NCBI GenBank assembly: GCA_963770835.1
Contig: CAVYRH010000002.1
Location: 128,001 to 192,000, forward strand
From: an uncultured Pseudomonadota bacterium
GTDB lineage: Bacteria; Oederibacteriota; Muellerivitia; Muellerivitales; Muellerivitaceae
DNA: 64,000 bases
Direction of reading: 5' to 3'
The translations under genes were made by a program, and so were the position numbers. Positions 1 through 10,400 of this stretch are shown here, in pieces. The notes beneath the pieces were generated by a model that searched no databases, was not told where the DNA came from, and saw only the letters and a list, made by a program, of their open reading frames with translations. Numbering within the stretch: position 1 is the first letter of the stretch; each line of letters opens with the position of its first letter.

Positions 1-783
1 GTTTCTTCTCGATCAGTCCGACCTTGACGAATTCCTGGGTTCCCTTCCAAATCTTGGTCAAAAGCGACCCGGAGGCCACCGGTACCACCACCTGGTCCGG
101 CGCTTTCCAACCCAATTGTTCGGCCACCTCAAAGGCCAGGGTCTTGGAACCTTCGGCGTAATAAGGCCGCATGTTGATGTTCACGAAAGCCCATTTGTAT
201 TTTCCGGCGATCTCGCTGCAAAGCCGGTTCACATCGTCGTAATTGCCGTTCACCCCGATCAGGTTGGGGTCATAGATGAGCGAAGCCGGTCACCTTGCTG
301 GGTTCCAGGTTGGAGGGGATGAAAACAAAGCGTTTCATGCCGCCCCTGGCGCCATAGGCCGAAACGGCGTTGGCCAGATTGCCCGTCGAGGCGCAGGCCA
401 GGGTGTCAAAACCCAGTTCCAGGGCCCGGGTGGAGGCCACCGCCACCACCCGATCCTTGAAGGAATGGGTGGGGTTGGCGCAGTCATTTTTGATGTAGAG
501 GTTGGAAAGCCCCAGCTCTTCGCCCAAGCCGTTCGGCCCGGATGAGGGGGGTATAGCCTTCCTCCAGGGTGTTGTACGTGTCCCCTTCCACCGGCAGGAA
601 CTCGCGGTAACGCCAAATGTTCAGGGGCCGGGAGGCGATCTTCTCCCGGGAAATGTCCTTCTTGATCTTGTCGTAATCGTAGGCCGCTTCCAGGGGCCCA
701 AAGCAAAACTCGCAGACGTATTTGGCGGCTTTTTCGTATTCCTGGCCGCATTCACGGCATTTCAAGGCTTTCACATAACTCAT
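1..783 (-). CDS. Threonine synthase-like PLP enzyme (paralogue with N-terminal Cys4 motif); frameshifted, runs off the left edge
   Basis: ORF pieces 484-783 (CRECG..CEFCFGPLE, IWRYREFLP, EGYTPL) and 270-527 (NPTHSFKDR, CASTGNLANA) join into one ThrC-family protein; lies downstream of a SAM riboswitch. Confidence 0.85.
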
Positions 784-816
784 CTTTCTCTCCTGGCCGC
801 TCCCGAATGAGCCCTC

Positions 817-853
817 AAAACAAAAAGGCCTCCATCTCGAGATGGAAGCCTTT
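817..853 (-). terminator. Intrinsic terminator, expression platform of the SAM riboswitch
   Basis: Minus strand AAAGGCTTCCATCTCGAGATGGAGGCCTTTTTGTTTT: hairpin plus U-tract between aptamer and start codon. Confidence 0.8.
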
Positions 854-871
854 GGTCATTGGGTTTTCCAT

Positions 872-987
872 CTCTCATCTCACCCCGGTTTTAAAGACCG
901 AAGCAGGAATTGGCACCTAACAGTTCCTGATGGAACCTGGTTGCCGTGGCATCGCAGGGCCTGTCCCTCCGCCACTCTGGATAAGAG
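872..987 (-). ncRNA. SAM-I (S-box) riboswitch
   Basis: Minus strand CTCTTATCCAGAG-TGGCGGAGGGACAGGCCC..GGCAACC..GGTGCCAATTCC..AGATGAGAG matches the S-box consensus, including P1 pairing. Confidence 0.93.
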
Positions 988-1005
988 CGTTAAATTGTTC
1001 TTTGA

Positions 1006-1035
1006 TAGTTACCGGGTGCCGCCACCCGGTGTCAA
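1006..1035 (-). promoter_or_regulatory. Putative sigma70 promoter for the riboswitch; its spacer is a hairpin that may also terminate greA
   Basis: TTGACA-ccgggtggcggcacccgg-TAACTA on the minus strand. Confidence 0.4.
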
Positions 1036-1042
1036 GGCCGCT

Positions 1043-1523
1043 TTAGTCTGCGGCCACCTCGATCTTGAGGATCTGGTACTGTAAAAGCCCCGCGGGGATT
1101 TGGATGTCGACTTTGTCTCCGATCTTTTTACCCATCATTCCGCGGGCAATGGGCGTGCGCAAGAGAAATCTTGTTCTGGGCGAAATCCGCTTCCTCCTCC
1201 CCCACAATCCGGTAGATCTCCTCCTGTTTGGTCTTAAGGTCCTTCACCGTCACCACACAGCCGATGGAAACATGCTCGCCGGTGATGTTCTCGTCCTCCA
1301 GAATGCGGACGCGGGCCAGTTTGTCCTCCAACTCGCGGATGCGGGCTTCCAAAAGTCCCTGTTCCTGCTTGGCGGCGTCATATTCGGCGTTTTCCTTCAA
1401 GTCGCCATGGGCCCGCGCCTCCTCAAGGGCCTTGGCCACTTGGGGCCGCCGGACCGTTTTAAGTTTATTCAGCTCCTCCTGAAGTTTGTCCCGGGTGGCC
1501 CGGGAGACGAGAAAGTCCGACAT
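1043..1523 (-). CDS. greA: Transcription elongation factor GreA (frameshift near 1160)
   Basis: ARAHGDLKENAEYDAAK motif; C-terminus PIARGMMGKKIGDKVDIQIPAG continues in another frame to TAA at 1043. Confidence 0.92.
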
Positions 1524-1549
1524 TTTATTCTCCTGATACTATTAGAATG

Positions 1550-2016
1550 TTACTTCCCGCTTTTCTGGCACTTTTGGCACAAGCCCATAAAGCTGCATCC
1601 GGTGGGAAGTGATCTTAAAACCATGCTTGCGACTGACTTGCTCCTGTAGTTCCTCGATTTGGGGGTTCAGAAACTCGATGTAAGCTCCCGCAGTTGGTGC
1701 AAATCATGTGGTCATGGTGCTGGCGGTTGAATTCCGGTTCGTATTTGATCCGCCCGTCCCCGAAATCCAGTTCGCGCGCCAAACCGCATTGGGTCAGATG
1801 TTTCAAGGTGCGGTAAACGGTGGCGAACCCCACATGGGACTGCTTTTCCCGGGCCCTTTGGAACAGCTCCTCCGCCGAAATATGGCCCCGGTGGTCCAGA
1901 AAAGCTTCTAAAATCAACTCGCGCTGGGCCGTCAGCTTGAGGTCTCTTTCCTTTAAGTACTGGCTGAATACCTCGTATTCCCTTGTCCGGCTTTTGTCTT
2001 TGACCACGCTTTTCAT
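1550..2016 (-). CDS. fur: Fur-family transcriptional regulator (frameshifts near the C-terminus)
   Basis: LTAQRELIL, HISAEEL, ATVYRTL, HHDHMICTNCG; terminal CQKC in a shifted frame. Confidence 0.88.
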
Positions 2017-2029
2017 AAAAAGGCATCTC

Positions 2030-2510
2030 CGCAATAGGCCATGTCCGGCGAAGGGCTGAGTAGATTTTAGAGGATTTTTTAGTTAACATGACCGGCATCA
2101 AAACATTGGAACGGACCACGTGTTGGAAAGCCCCCGCGATATTATCCGTCACATCGCTTAGGGTTTGCAGGTAATCTTCCTCCACTTCCCGGCTGTCCAC
2201 CAAGAAAGAGGTTTTCAAAAGACCGAAATTGGCCCTTGATCACCTTGGAGACGCGGAGCATCTCGTTCCGGAAATAATCCGGATGGTCCTTCCGGACCCT
2301 TTTCACCGTGCGCGGCTTGGTATACTTCTTTTGGCTGACGGCAATCGAGGCGATCATTTGGGCCAAGTGATTTTCCAACATGGCCCGCTCCACATGCTGG
2401 CCATGTACCAGACGTTCAATGACCACTTCCAGATAGGAAACGTGGGAAAAAAGCTCCCGGTAAAGCTCAAGGAAACCCTCCCGCACATCGGAGTCCTGTG
2501 ATGGACCCAT
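2030..2510 (-). CDS. Hypothetical helical protein (frameshifted; 3' end uncertain)
   Basis: ORF pieces 2142-2510 and 1712-2218 appear to be one gene split near 2220. Confidence 0.45.
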
Positions 2511-2594
2511 GGCATCCCCCGAACGGCTTGTTTTCGAAATTATACCCCTTTTCGCACCCCAAAAAAAGCGCTGCAAAGGATACGCGGCTCAATG

Positions 2595-3113
2595 TTATTC
2601 CGCCAAAAGTTTTTCAATGGCGTCGGCAAAATCCTCTTCCGGATGAACGCCGACAAAGGACAAGGCGATTCTTCCCGATTTGTCGATGAAGAATGTGGTC
2701 GGGATCGGATTAATGCCATAGGACTTCAACGTATTCATGTTGGCAAGCCCGACCGGATACGGAATGTTGAAATCGGAGATGAATTTATTGAAATAGTCTT
2801 TCGATTGGCCATCCTTGGCCTCCACCGAAAGTCCCCAAAGTTCCAAACCCCTGGGGTGATAAGTAGCGTACATCTTCACAAGGATCGGAATCTCCATGCG
2901 GCAAGGACCGCACCAAGTGGCCCAGAAATCCACCACCAGCACCTTCCCTTTCACTTGCGACAAACTTAGTTTGTTGGAAATATTTAAATAATCGGCTTCC
3001 ACTTCAGTGGCTGGCGGCCGCTTGTCGACCGGAATAAGGTCAACGTTGTTTCCTTTCCCACACCCGGCGAGACACAGCATCAAAAGCGTGATAGGAATTA
3101 CTTTTGGATTCAT
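2595..3113 (-). CDS. TlpA/ResA-family thiol-disulfide oxidoreductase lipoprotein
   Basis: Lipobox LAGC; VDFWATWCGPC; IPTTFFID. Confidence 0.9.
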   Translation of the reverse strand: MNPKVIPITLLMLCLAGCGKGNNVDLIPVDKRPPATEVEADYLNISNKLSLSQVKGKVLVVDFWATWCGPCRMEIPILVKMYATYHPRGLELWGLSVEAKDGQSKDYFNKFISDFNIPYPVGLANMNTLKSYGINPIPTTFFIDKSGRIALSFVGVHPEEDFADAIEKLLAE

Positions 3114-3184
3114 CTTAAATTTCCCGGAGAAATGCTTTGTAGGAGTTCTTCGTGCAAAAGATATGATTTGATTCCGACTATTTC

Positions 3185-3931
3185 TTAAAAGAATCCCATG
3201 TACTGGACGCGAACAATCCTGGAGAACAAATCGCCCCGGTTGATATCCCGGAAGTCGACCCCCACCCGCAAGGGGTTATCCACGTTGAACATCACATTGG
3301 CGTTAAATTGCCAGTAACTGCTTAAAAGCTTATCCATCTCGAGGTTGAACATCAAGGGTTGGGCGACGGCGAAGGAGGTACCGAAGAAAGCCCCCAAATC
3401 CTCATTGGAATCGAAATTGTCGAATGTCACCGCGTTGACACCCGCATGGACCTGTAAATAACCTGCTTCCTTAAACTCATGGCTTACGACTGAATAAAAC
3501 CCTTTTTGGGTTCCGGGGAAAAATCTTCCATCAACCTGGGTTCCATAACCCCGGTTGTCCCAACCGACCGCCACCGCCACCGGCGCCACCTTCTCGTCCA
3601 AAACCTTAAATTTGAGGCCAATCCCCGGTGTTTGGATTTGAATGGTTCCCTGGCCCACGACATTAGTGGCGTTGGCAGAGAAGCCGAACATGAAAAAATC
3701 CTTGAAACCGACGTTTCCCCGGACAAATAAGCCGCCATTTTCATACATCCTCGTGACGAGGTCATAACCGCCGTGCATGAGGATATAAGCGGTCGGGGCT
3801 TCCACCATTTCATAGTTGGTCGGGGAAGAGGCTATCTCGTCTTTGGCCCAAACCAAAGGGACTGGAAGCAGGAGAAGAAAGATAACGGAGAATCGAAAAT
3901 GTTTAACGGAAGGCCTCCAAATTTTCATCAT
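3185..3931 (-). CDS. Exported, probable outer-membrane beta-barrel protein
   Basis: Signal peptide, alternating aromatic/Gly beta strands, C-terminal Phe. Confidence 0.6.
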   Translation of the reverse strand: MMKIWRPSVKHFRFSVIFLLLLPVPLVWAKDEIASSPTNYEMVEAPTAYILMHGGYDLVTRMYENGGLFVRGNVGFKDFFMFGFSANATNVVGQGTIQIQTPGIGLKFKVLDEKVAPVAVAVGWDNRGYGTQVDGRFFPGTQKGFYSVVSHEFKEAGYLQVHAGVNAVTFDNFDSNEDLGAFFGTSFAVAQPLMFNLEMDKLLSSYWQFNANVMFNVDNPLRVGVDFRDINRGDLFSRIVRVQYMGFF

Positions 3932-3990
3932 TTTAGGATGAAAGCACCAATGTCAACCAAGCCCGATGCGAGCCACGAACGGCAAACCGA

Positions 3991-4818
3991 TTAATATTTT
4001 TCGATGAATATCTTCTCAACCTTTGCGATATGGCGGCCCAGGAAACGTTGGGCCTGTTCCTTGAACTTCCGCGAAAGGTCGCTGACGTAATATTGGCTCG
4101 CCCCCCTTCCGTTCATGGGAACGCCATGGGTTTCAAGGTTACGGTGAAGGCTCCGGGCCGTTTCCTCGGCCGAATCCACGATCTTGACTCTTTTCCCTGT
4201 CACTTTGGCGAGTACGCTCTTCAAGAGAGGGTAATGGGTGCAGCCCAGGAGCAAAGTATCGATTCCCGCTTTCAGCAGCGGCCTCAAGTATTCCCGGGCC
4301 ACTGCCTCGGTCAGCGGGCCCGGAGAGCTTCCCTTCTTCGACCAATGGAACGAAAAGAGGGCAGGCCTTCGTGAAGACCTTGAAATGGGAATTCAATTCA
4401 TGGATAGCTTCCGGATAGGCTCCAGAATAAATGGTTCCTTCCGTGCCGATGACCCCAATTTGTCCATTACGCGTGACGTTCACGGCCGCATAAGCGCCCG
4501 GCTCGATGACCCCCAGAATAGGAATGTCGAATTCCTTCCGGAGGTCTTTCAAAGCCCAGGCCGAGGAGGTATTGCAGGCCACCACGACCGCCTTGACCTT
4601 TTCCCGTTTCAGGAGGAACCGGACGATCTGCGGGCGTAATGGAGGATGGTTTCCGGGCTCTTGGTTCCATAGGGAATCCGGGCCGTATCCCCGAAGTAAA
4701 CGAGTTTTTCGTTCGGAAGTTCCTTTTGGATGGCCTTGACGACGGTCAAACCGCCCAATCCGGAATCAAAGATGCCGATGGGCCCAATGTTCGCCTTGGA
4801 AATGGAACGACGCTTCAA
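3991..4818 (-). CDS. murI: Glutamate racemase (two frameshifts)
   Basis: [20 protein letters not shown] and LLLGCTHYP found across three ORF pieces. Confidence 0.92.
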
Positions 4819-6416
4819 TGGCTCGCTCTTTTGGAGGCTTTCTTTGTGCCGCTGTCCTTCAGGAGCTTGTAATCAATTGAATCCACCAATGCGTCCCACG
4901 AGGCTTCGATGATGTTTTCCGACACTCCCACCGTTCCCCAGCTATCCTTCTTGTCGCGGCTTTCGATTAAAACGCGCACCTTGGCGGCCGTGCCTTCCTT
5001 GGCGTCCAGCACACGCACCTTGAAATCGGTCAGGTGGACTTCGCTCAAGGAGGGATAAAACTTGGTCAGGGCTTTGCGCAGGGCCTGGTCCAGGGCGTTG
5101 ACGGGGCCGTCCCCTTCCCCCACGGTGTTTTCCAGAACCCCGTTCACCTTGACCTTGATAGTGGCTTCGGAAACCAGTTTGCCGTCACCACGGTTTTCCA
5201 CGATCACGCGGAAGCTGATGAGGTCGAAAAAATTGCGGTGCTTGCCCAGGGCCTTCTTCAGCAGGATTTCAAAGGAAGCCTCCGCCCCTTCGAATTGGTA
5301 GCCTTCGCTTTCCATTTTTTTGACTTGTTCGATGATTGCCTTGGCTTCGGGAGTGTCCTTGCCCAGCTTGATTCGCCGCTCACCCGCTTGATGCAAAACG
5401 GCTGACACGCCCGCCTGGTCGGACAAGACCAGCTTGCGCTGGTTGCCCACCTGGTCCGGTTCCACGTGCTCATAGGCCTTGCGTGGACTTTTGCATGGCG
5501 GAGATATGCATCCCGCCCTTATGGGTAAAGGCATTCTTGCCGACATAGGGCGCGTTGGCCCGGGGAGGCAGGTTGAGGATTTCATCCACCCGATGGGAGA
5601 CTTCCGTGAGTTTTTCAAGCTTTACGGGCCGCAGGAAGGAATAACCCGTTTTCAGGGCAAGGTTGGCGATCAGGGAAGTGAGATTGGTGTTCCCTACCCG
5701 TTCGCCATAGCCATTCATGCAGCCTTGCACCTGGGTGGCACCCGCCTGCGAGGGCGGCCAAGGTGTTGGCCACCGCCAGGTCGCCGTCATTGTGGCAATG
5801 GATGCCGATGGCCGCTTCGGGAAACCGTTGGCCCACCCGGGTGACCACCGCCTCGATATCATCAGGCATGGAACCCCCGTTGGTGTCGCAAAGCACCAGG
5901 CAATCTGCCCCGCCTTCCAGGGCCGCTTCCAGACACTTCAGGGAAAATTCGGGATTGTTATTGTAACCGTCGAAAAAATGCTCGGCGTCGAAGAACACCT
6001 CCTCGGTCTTCGACTTGAGGAATTTGAGCGAGTCATAAGATGATCTCGAGGTTTTGCTCAAGGGTGATTCCCAAGGCCTTGGTAACATGGAAATCCCATG
6101 TTTTACCCACGACCGTGATGGTGGAAACCCCGGAGCGGACGAGGTTCACGAGGTTGGTATCCTCATGGGCTTTATGCCGGGCGCGCCGGGTCATGCCGAA
6201 TGCGGACAAGCGGGCCTTGAGCTTGAGCTTCTTCACCCTTTGGAAGAAAACGGTGTCTTTGGGGTTGGCGCCGGGCCAGCCACCCTCCAGGTAATGAAGG
6301 CCCAGGTCATCCAGGGCTTGGGCGAGCGCAAGCTTATCCTCGACCGATAGGTTGATTCCTTGGGTCTGGGGACCTTCTCTCAATAAGGCGTCATAAAGAA
6401 CGATCTTTTTATCCAC
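4815..6416 (-). CDS. cimA: Citramalate synthase (LeuA family; several frameshifts)
   Basis: [60 protein letters not shown]. Confidence 0.88.
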
Positions 6417-7647
6417 GGACTCCCGCTACTTTCTTGCCCAAATTGAATTTCTTATGGATGGCCGCCACCGCCTTGGCCACATCTTTCTCGTCGATCACGA
6501 CCGAAATCTTGATCTCCGAAGTGGAGATCATCTCGATGTTCACTCCCTCTTCCGCCAGGGCTTTGAACATATTGGCCGCGACCCCCGAATGGGAACGCAT
6601 CCCCACCCCGACCACCGAAACTTTGGCGATATCCTCGTCCGACAGGATGCCCGCTGGCTTGAGCGTTTTGGAAGCGTCCCCGACCACTTTCATGGCCTTC
6701 TTGAGCTCGGATTGTATCCACGGTGAAGGAAACGTCCGAATGGCCCTTTTCCCCGATGTTCTGGATGATCATATCCACGTTGACCCCGGCCTTGCCCAGT
6801 TTCGAGAAGAGAATGGAGGCGATACCGGGCCGGTCTGGGACCCCCCGCACCGTGATCTTGGCCTCGTTTTTGTTGTAGGTCACCCCGCTGATGACCACCT
6901 TTTCCATGGCTTTGGTTTCCTGCATGACGATCGTCCCTTCTTTTTCGTTGAATGTCGGCCTCACATGGATCTTGATGCCGAAGTTTTTCGCGAACTCCAC
7001 CGAACGGGCGTTCAACACCTGGGCGCCCGCGCTGGCCATTTCCAGCATTTCATCATAACTGATGAAGCGAAAGCTTCCGGGCGTCCTTTACCAATGCCCG
7101 GATTGGCCGTGAAAACACCGTCCACATCCTTGTAAAACTCGCAAACGTCGGCCTTCAAGGCCGCCGCGATGGCCACGGCCGTCAGGTCGCTTCCCCCGCG
7201 CCCAAGGGTCGTGATTTCGTGTTCCTTGTTCTCGCCCTGGAACCCCGCCACGATCACCACCTTGCCTAGGTTCAAGGCGGACCGGATCTTCGAATCCCCC
7301 ACCTTGACGATCCGGGCCTTGGTATGGACGTCGTCGGTCACAATCCCCACCTGGGGGCCGGTAAAGGAAATGGCGTCGCAGCCCAGGCTCTTGAGGGCGA
7401 TGGAAAGGAGCGCGATGGATTGCTGTTCGCCGGTGGCCAGGAGAACATCCATTTCCCGCTCATCGGGCGTGTCGGTGATTTGGTGGGCCTTGGCGATGAG
7501 TTCGTCCGTGGTATCCCCCGGCGCCGAAACGACGACCACCACTTCGTTTTTCTCGCGGCGGGTCTTGGCGATGCGCCCCGCCACTTCCAGCATTTTGGCG
7601 GCGTCCGCCACCGATGACCCACCGAATTTTTGGACGATCAAAGCCAC
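6409..7647 (-). CDS. lysC: Aspartate kinase (frameshifted)
   Basis: [28 protein letters not shown] and two ACT domains (ISTSEIKIS); GTG start at 7647. Confidence 0.93.
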
Positions 7648-7660
7648 AGTAACCTCTATT

Positions 7661-7695
7661 TTACCGCCAAGACACATGCCTGCCCTTGGCGGTAA
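7661..7695. repeat. Short REP-like palindrome
   Basis: TTACCGCCAAG..CTTGGCGGTAA; same arms as the element at 10176-10266. Confidence 0.6.
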
Positions 7696-7701
7696 TGGTC
7701 T

Positions 7702-8763
7702 TTAAAGTTTTAGGACCTTCAGGATTTCATTCATTTCGGGCTTAATCACGATCGGCTTGTGGCTCAAGGAAACCGCCCGGTCGGGGTCCTTCAACCCGTG
7801 GCCGGTCAAGGTGCAGACGATGCGCCTTTTGCCCTCGGTGAAGTAGTTCTGCTTGTTCTTTTTAATAACCCCCGCCAAAGACGCCGCCGAGGCCGGTTCG
7901 CAAAAGATGCCCTCCATCGCGGCCATCATCTGATAGGCCTCCAGGATTTCGTCGTCCGTCACCGCCTCGATCAAGCCGCCGGACTCGTCCCGCGCAGCCT
8001 CCGCGTTTTTCCAGGAAAAAGGGTTGCCGATCTTGATAGCCGTGGCAATGGTATGGGGATCCTCAATGATCCGGCCCTCCACGATAGGGGCCGAACCCGC
8101 GGCCTGGAACCCGCACATGCGGGGCAGTTTCTGGAACTTTCCCTTTTGGTGGTATTCCTTATAGCCCTTCCAATAGGCCGTGATATTGCCGGCGTTGCCC
8201 ACGGGAATGGCGTGGTACTCGGGAGCGTTCCCAATCGTATCCACGATCTCGAAAGCCGCGGTTTTTTGACCCTCGATACGATAAGGATTGTTGGAGTTCA
8301 CCATGGTCACCGGCTGCGTGTCCGCCAGTTCCCTTGTTAGTTTCAGGGCCTTGTCGAAACTCCCCTCAATGGCAATCACCTTGGCACCATAAATCAGGGA
8401 TTGGGCCATCTTGCCCAGGGCGATGGACCCGTGCGGCAGGAAAACAGCGCAGGAAACGCCGGCATGGGCCGCGTAAGCCGCCGCGGCCGCCGAGGTGTTG
8501 CCGGTGGAGGCGCAAACCACGACTTTGGCCCCATCCTCCACGGCCTTGGACATGGCCATGGTCATTCCCCGGTCCTTGAAGGAACCCGTCGGGTTCAACC
8601 CTTCGAACTTCAGGTGGATGTCCAAACCATTGCCGAGCTTCTTGGAGAGGTTTTTGGCGTGGATCAGCGGTGTATCGCCCTCTTTAAGGGTAATAACGGG
8701 GGTCTTTTCCGTGACCGGCAAATAAGCCCGGTACTCCTCGATGACGCCTTTCCAATAAGCCAT
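7702..8763 (-). CDS. thrC: Threonine synthase
   Basis: EGLNPTGSFKDRG, CASTGNTS, PVGNAGN; lies between hom and lysC. Confidence 0.95.
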   Translation of the reverse strand: MAYWKGVIEEYRAYLPVTEKTPVITLKEGDTPLIHAKNLSKKLGNGLDIHLKFEGLNPTGSFKDRGMTMAMSKAVEDGAKVVVCASTGNTSAAAAAYAAHAGVSCAVFLPHGSIALGKMAQSLIYGAKVIAIEGSFDKALKLTRELADTQPVTMVNSNNPYRIEGQKTAAFEIVDTIGNAPEYHAIPVGNAGNITAYWKGYKEYHQKGKFQKLPRMCGFQAAGSAPIVEGRIIEDPHTIATAIKIGNPFSWKNAEAARDESGGLIEAVTDDEILEAYQMMAAMEGIFCEPASAASLAGVIKKNKQNYFTEGKRRIVCTLTGHGLKDPDRAVSLSHKPIVIKPEMNEILKVLKL

Positions 8764-8822
8764 GGTTTTTCGCTTTCGTTGTTTATTCTGTCAACTGCCG
8801 AGTGAGGACTGATTGCCTGTTT

Positions 8823-10145
8823 TTATTCCCCACGGTCCATACGAATCAGGAGTGTTTCTTCCTGGATGAAGGGCAAGCCGTTGATCTTCTTGAGCGCATC
8901 CTGCACGTTCTTTTCAACCGCCTCATAAGTCACAATGACCACCGGAACCTTATCGCCCTTCTTTTGCTCCTTCTGGATGACCGAAGCGATGGAAATCTGG
9001 TGCTCGCCCAGGATACGGGAAATGGCCGAAAGCACGCCCACCTGGTCCAGCACCGAGAACTTCAGGTAATAACGAGATTTGATGTCGCCCATTTTTTTGA
9101 TGCGTTTGATTTGGGGGTTGTCCGACAGGAACCAGCAGTTGGAAATCTCGCCCGCCACGTTGTCGTGCACGCTCCGGCAGACGTAAATGAGGTCGCTCAT
9201 GACTGCCGAGGCTGTGGGTTTGTTGCCTGCCCCTAGCCCGTAGTACATGGTGGTTCCCACGAAATCGCCCGTTACGAGCACACCATTGTACTCGCCGTCA
9301 ACCTTAGCCAAAAGATGCTCCTGCGGGATGAGCGTGGGATTAACCCTAACCTCCAACTCGTCCCCTTCCACTTCGGCGATGGCGAAAAGCTTCACTACCC
9401 GGCCGAATTCCTCCCGGGCGAATTCGATATCCTGCAGGGAGATACGCTCGATGCCTTCCACGTAAATGTCCTCCACCTTGACCCGCTTGGAAAAGGCCAG
9501 GGAGGCCAGGATGGCCAGTTTGTGGGCCGAATCCATGCCGTTGATGTCCAGGGTCGGATCGGCCTCGGCCAAGCCCTTTTTCTGGGCCATTTGGAGGGCT
9601 TCCTTAAAACTCTTCTTTTCCTCGGTCATCTTTTGCAGGATAAAGTTGGTGGTGCCGTTGACGATTCCATAAATGGACGTGATGTTGTTGGGAGCAAGGC
9701 CGTCGTTGATAGCCTGGATAACCGGGATGCCGCCGCAAACCGCCGCCTCGAAATAAATGTCCACCTTGTGTTGGCGGGCCGTCTGGATGATTTCGTCCCA
9801 ATGAACCGAAAGGACCGCCTTGTTGGCCGTCACGATGTGCTTACCCCGGCGCATGGCGTCCAAAAGATAGGTGCGGGCGGGTTCCAGGCCTCCCATCAGT
9901 TCCAGGACGACATCGATATCCGGGTCCGTCACCAAGTCGTCGTAATTGGTAGTCAACATTCCCTCAGGCACGGTCACGTCGCGCGGTTTGGCCAAGTCCC
10001 TGACGACGATCTTCTTAAGGCGCAATTGCGCCCCGACTTTGGCTTCGATGAGGGCGCGGTTTTTCTCCAGCAGGCGGTAAACCCCCTGCCCCACGTTGCC
10101 GAAACCGATCATTCCGATCTGGATTACCGACTTGCCTTCATCCAT
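8823..10145 (-). CDS. hom: Homoserine dehydrogenase with ACT domain
   Basis: GFGNVG, TANKA, FEAAVCGGIP, NGTTNFIL, AEADPTLD. Confidence 0.96.
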   Translation of the reverse strand: MDEGKSVIQIGMIGFGNVGQGVYRLLEKNRALIEAKVGAQLRLKKIVVRDLAKPRDVTVPEGMLTTNYDDLVTDPDIDVVLELMGGLEPARTYLLDAMRRGKHIVTANKAVLSVHWDEIIQTARQHKVDIYFEAAVCGGIPVIQAINDGLAPNNITSIYGIVNGTTNFILQKMTEEKKSFKEALQMAQKKGLAEADPTLDINGMDSAHKLAILASLAFSKRVKVEDIYVEGIERISLQDIEFAREEFGRVVKLFAIAEVEGDELEVRVNPTLIPQEHLLAKVDGEYNGVLVTGDFVGTTMYYGLGAGNKPTASAVMSDLIYVCRSVHDNVAGEISNCWFLSDNPQIKRIKKMGDIKSRYYLKFSVLDQVGVLSAISRILGEHQISIASVIQKEQKKGDKVPVVIVTYEAVEKNVQDALKKINGLPFIQEETLLIRMDRGE

Positions 10146-10175
10146 GACTTTCTCCGTTTTATTAAAACCTATTCA

Positions 10176-10266
10176 ACCGCCAAGACGCCAAGAAAGGCAA
10201 AAATAGAGGGCCAAGCCAAAACATTTAAATGCTTGTGTCTTTCGCTTTTCTTGGCGTCTTGGCGGT
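10176..10266. repeat. REP-like long inverted repeat
   Basis: ACCGCCAAGACGCCAAGAAA ... TTTCTTGGCGTCTTGGCGGT, perfect 20-bp arms. Confidence 0.75.
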
Positions 10267-10400
10267 AAAAATCGCCTTTGTTTTGGGTTCTAAATAGCAA
10301 AACGCCCCGCGCTTGCCTAAAAGCCGGGGCGTTTGCTTGAAAAGTGGCTATAGATTATAGGAAAGGGGGGGTGCTTTCAAGGAAAAGGCGGGTAAAAACC

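Noticed and set aside
10354..10380. TTGAAA..TATAAT promoter with a poly-C spacer as a phase-variation switch for hom
   Set aside because: The 15-nt spacer is more simply explained by homopolymer compression in an indel-prone assembly
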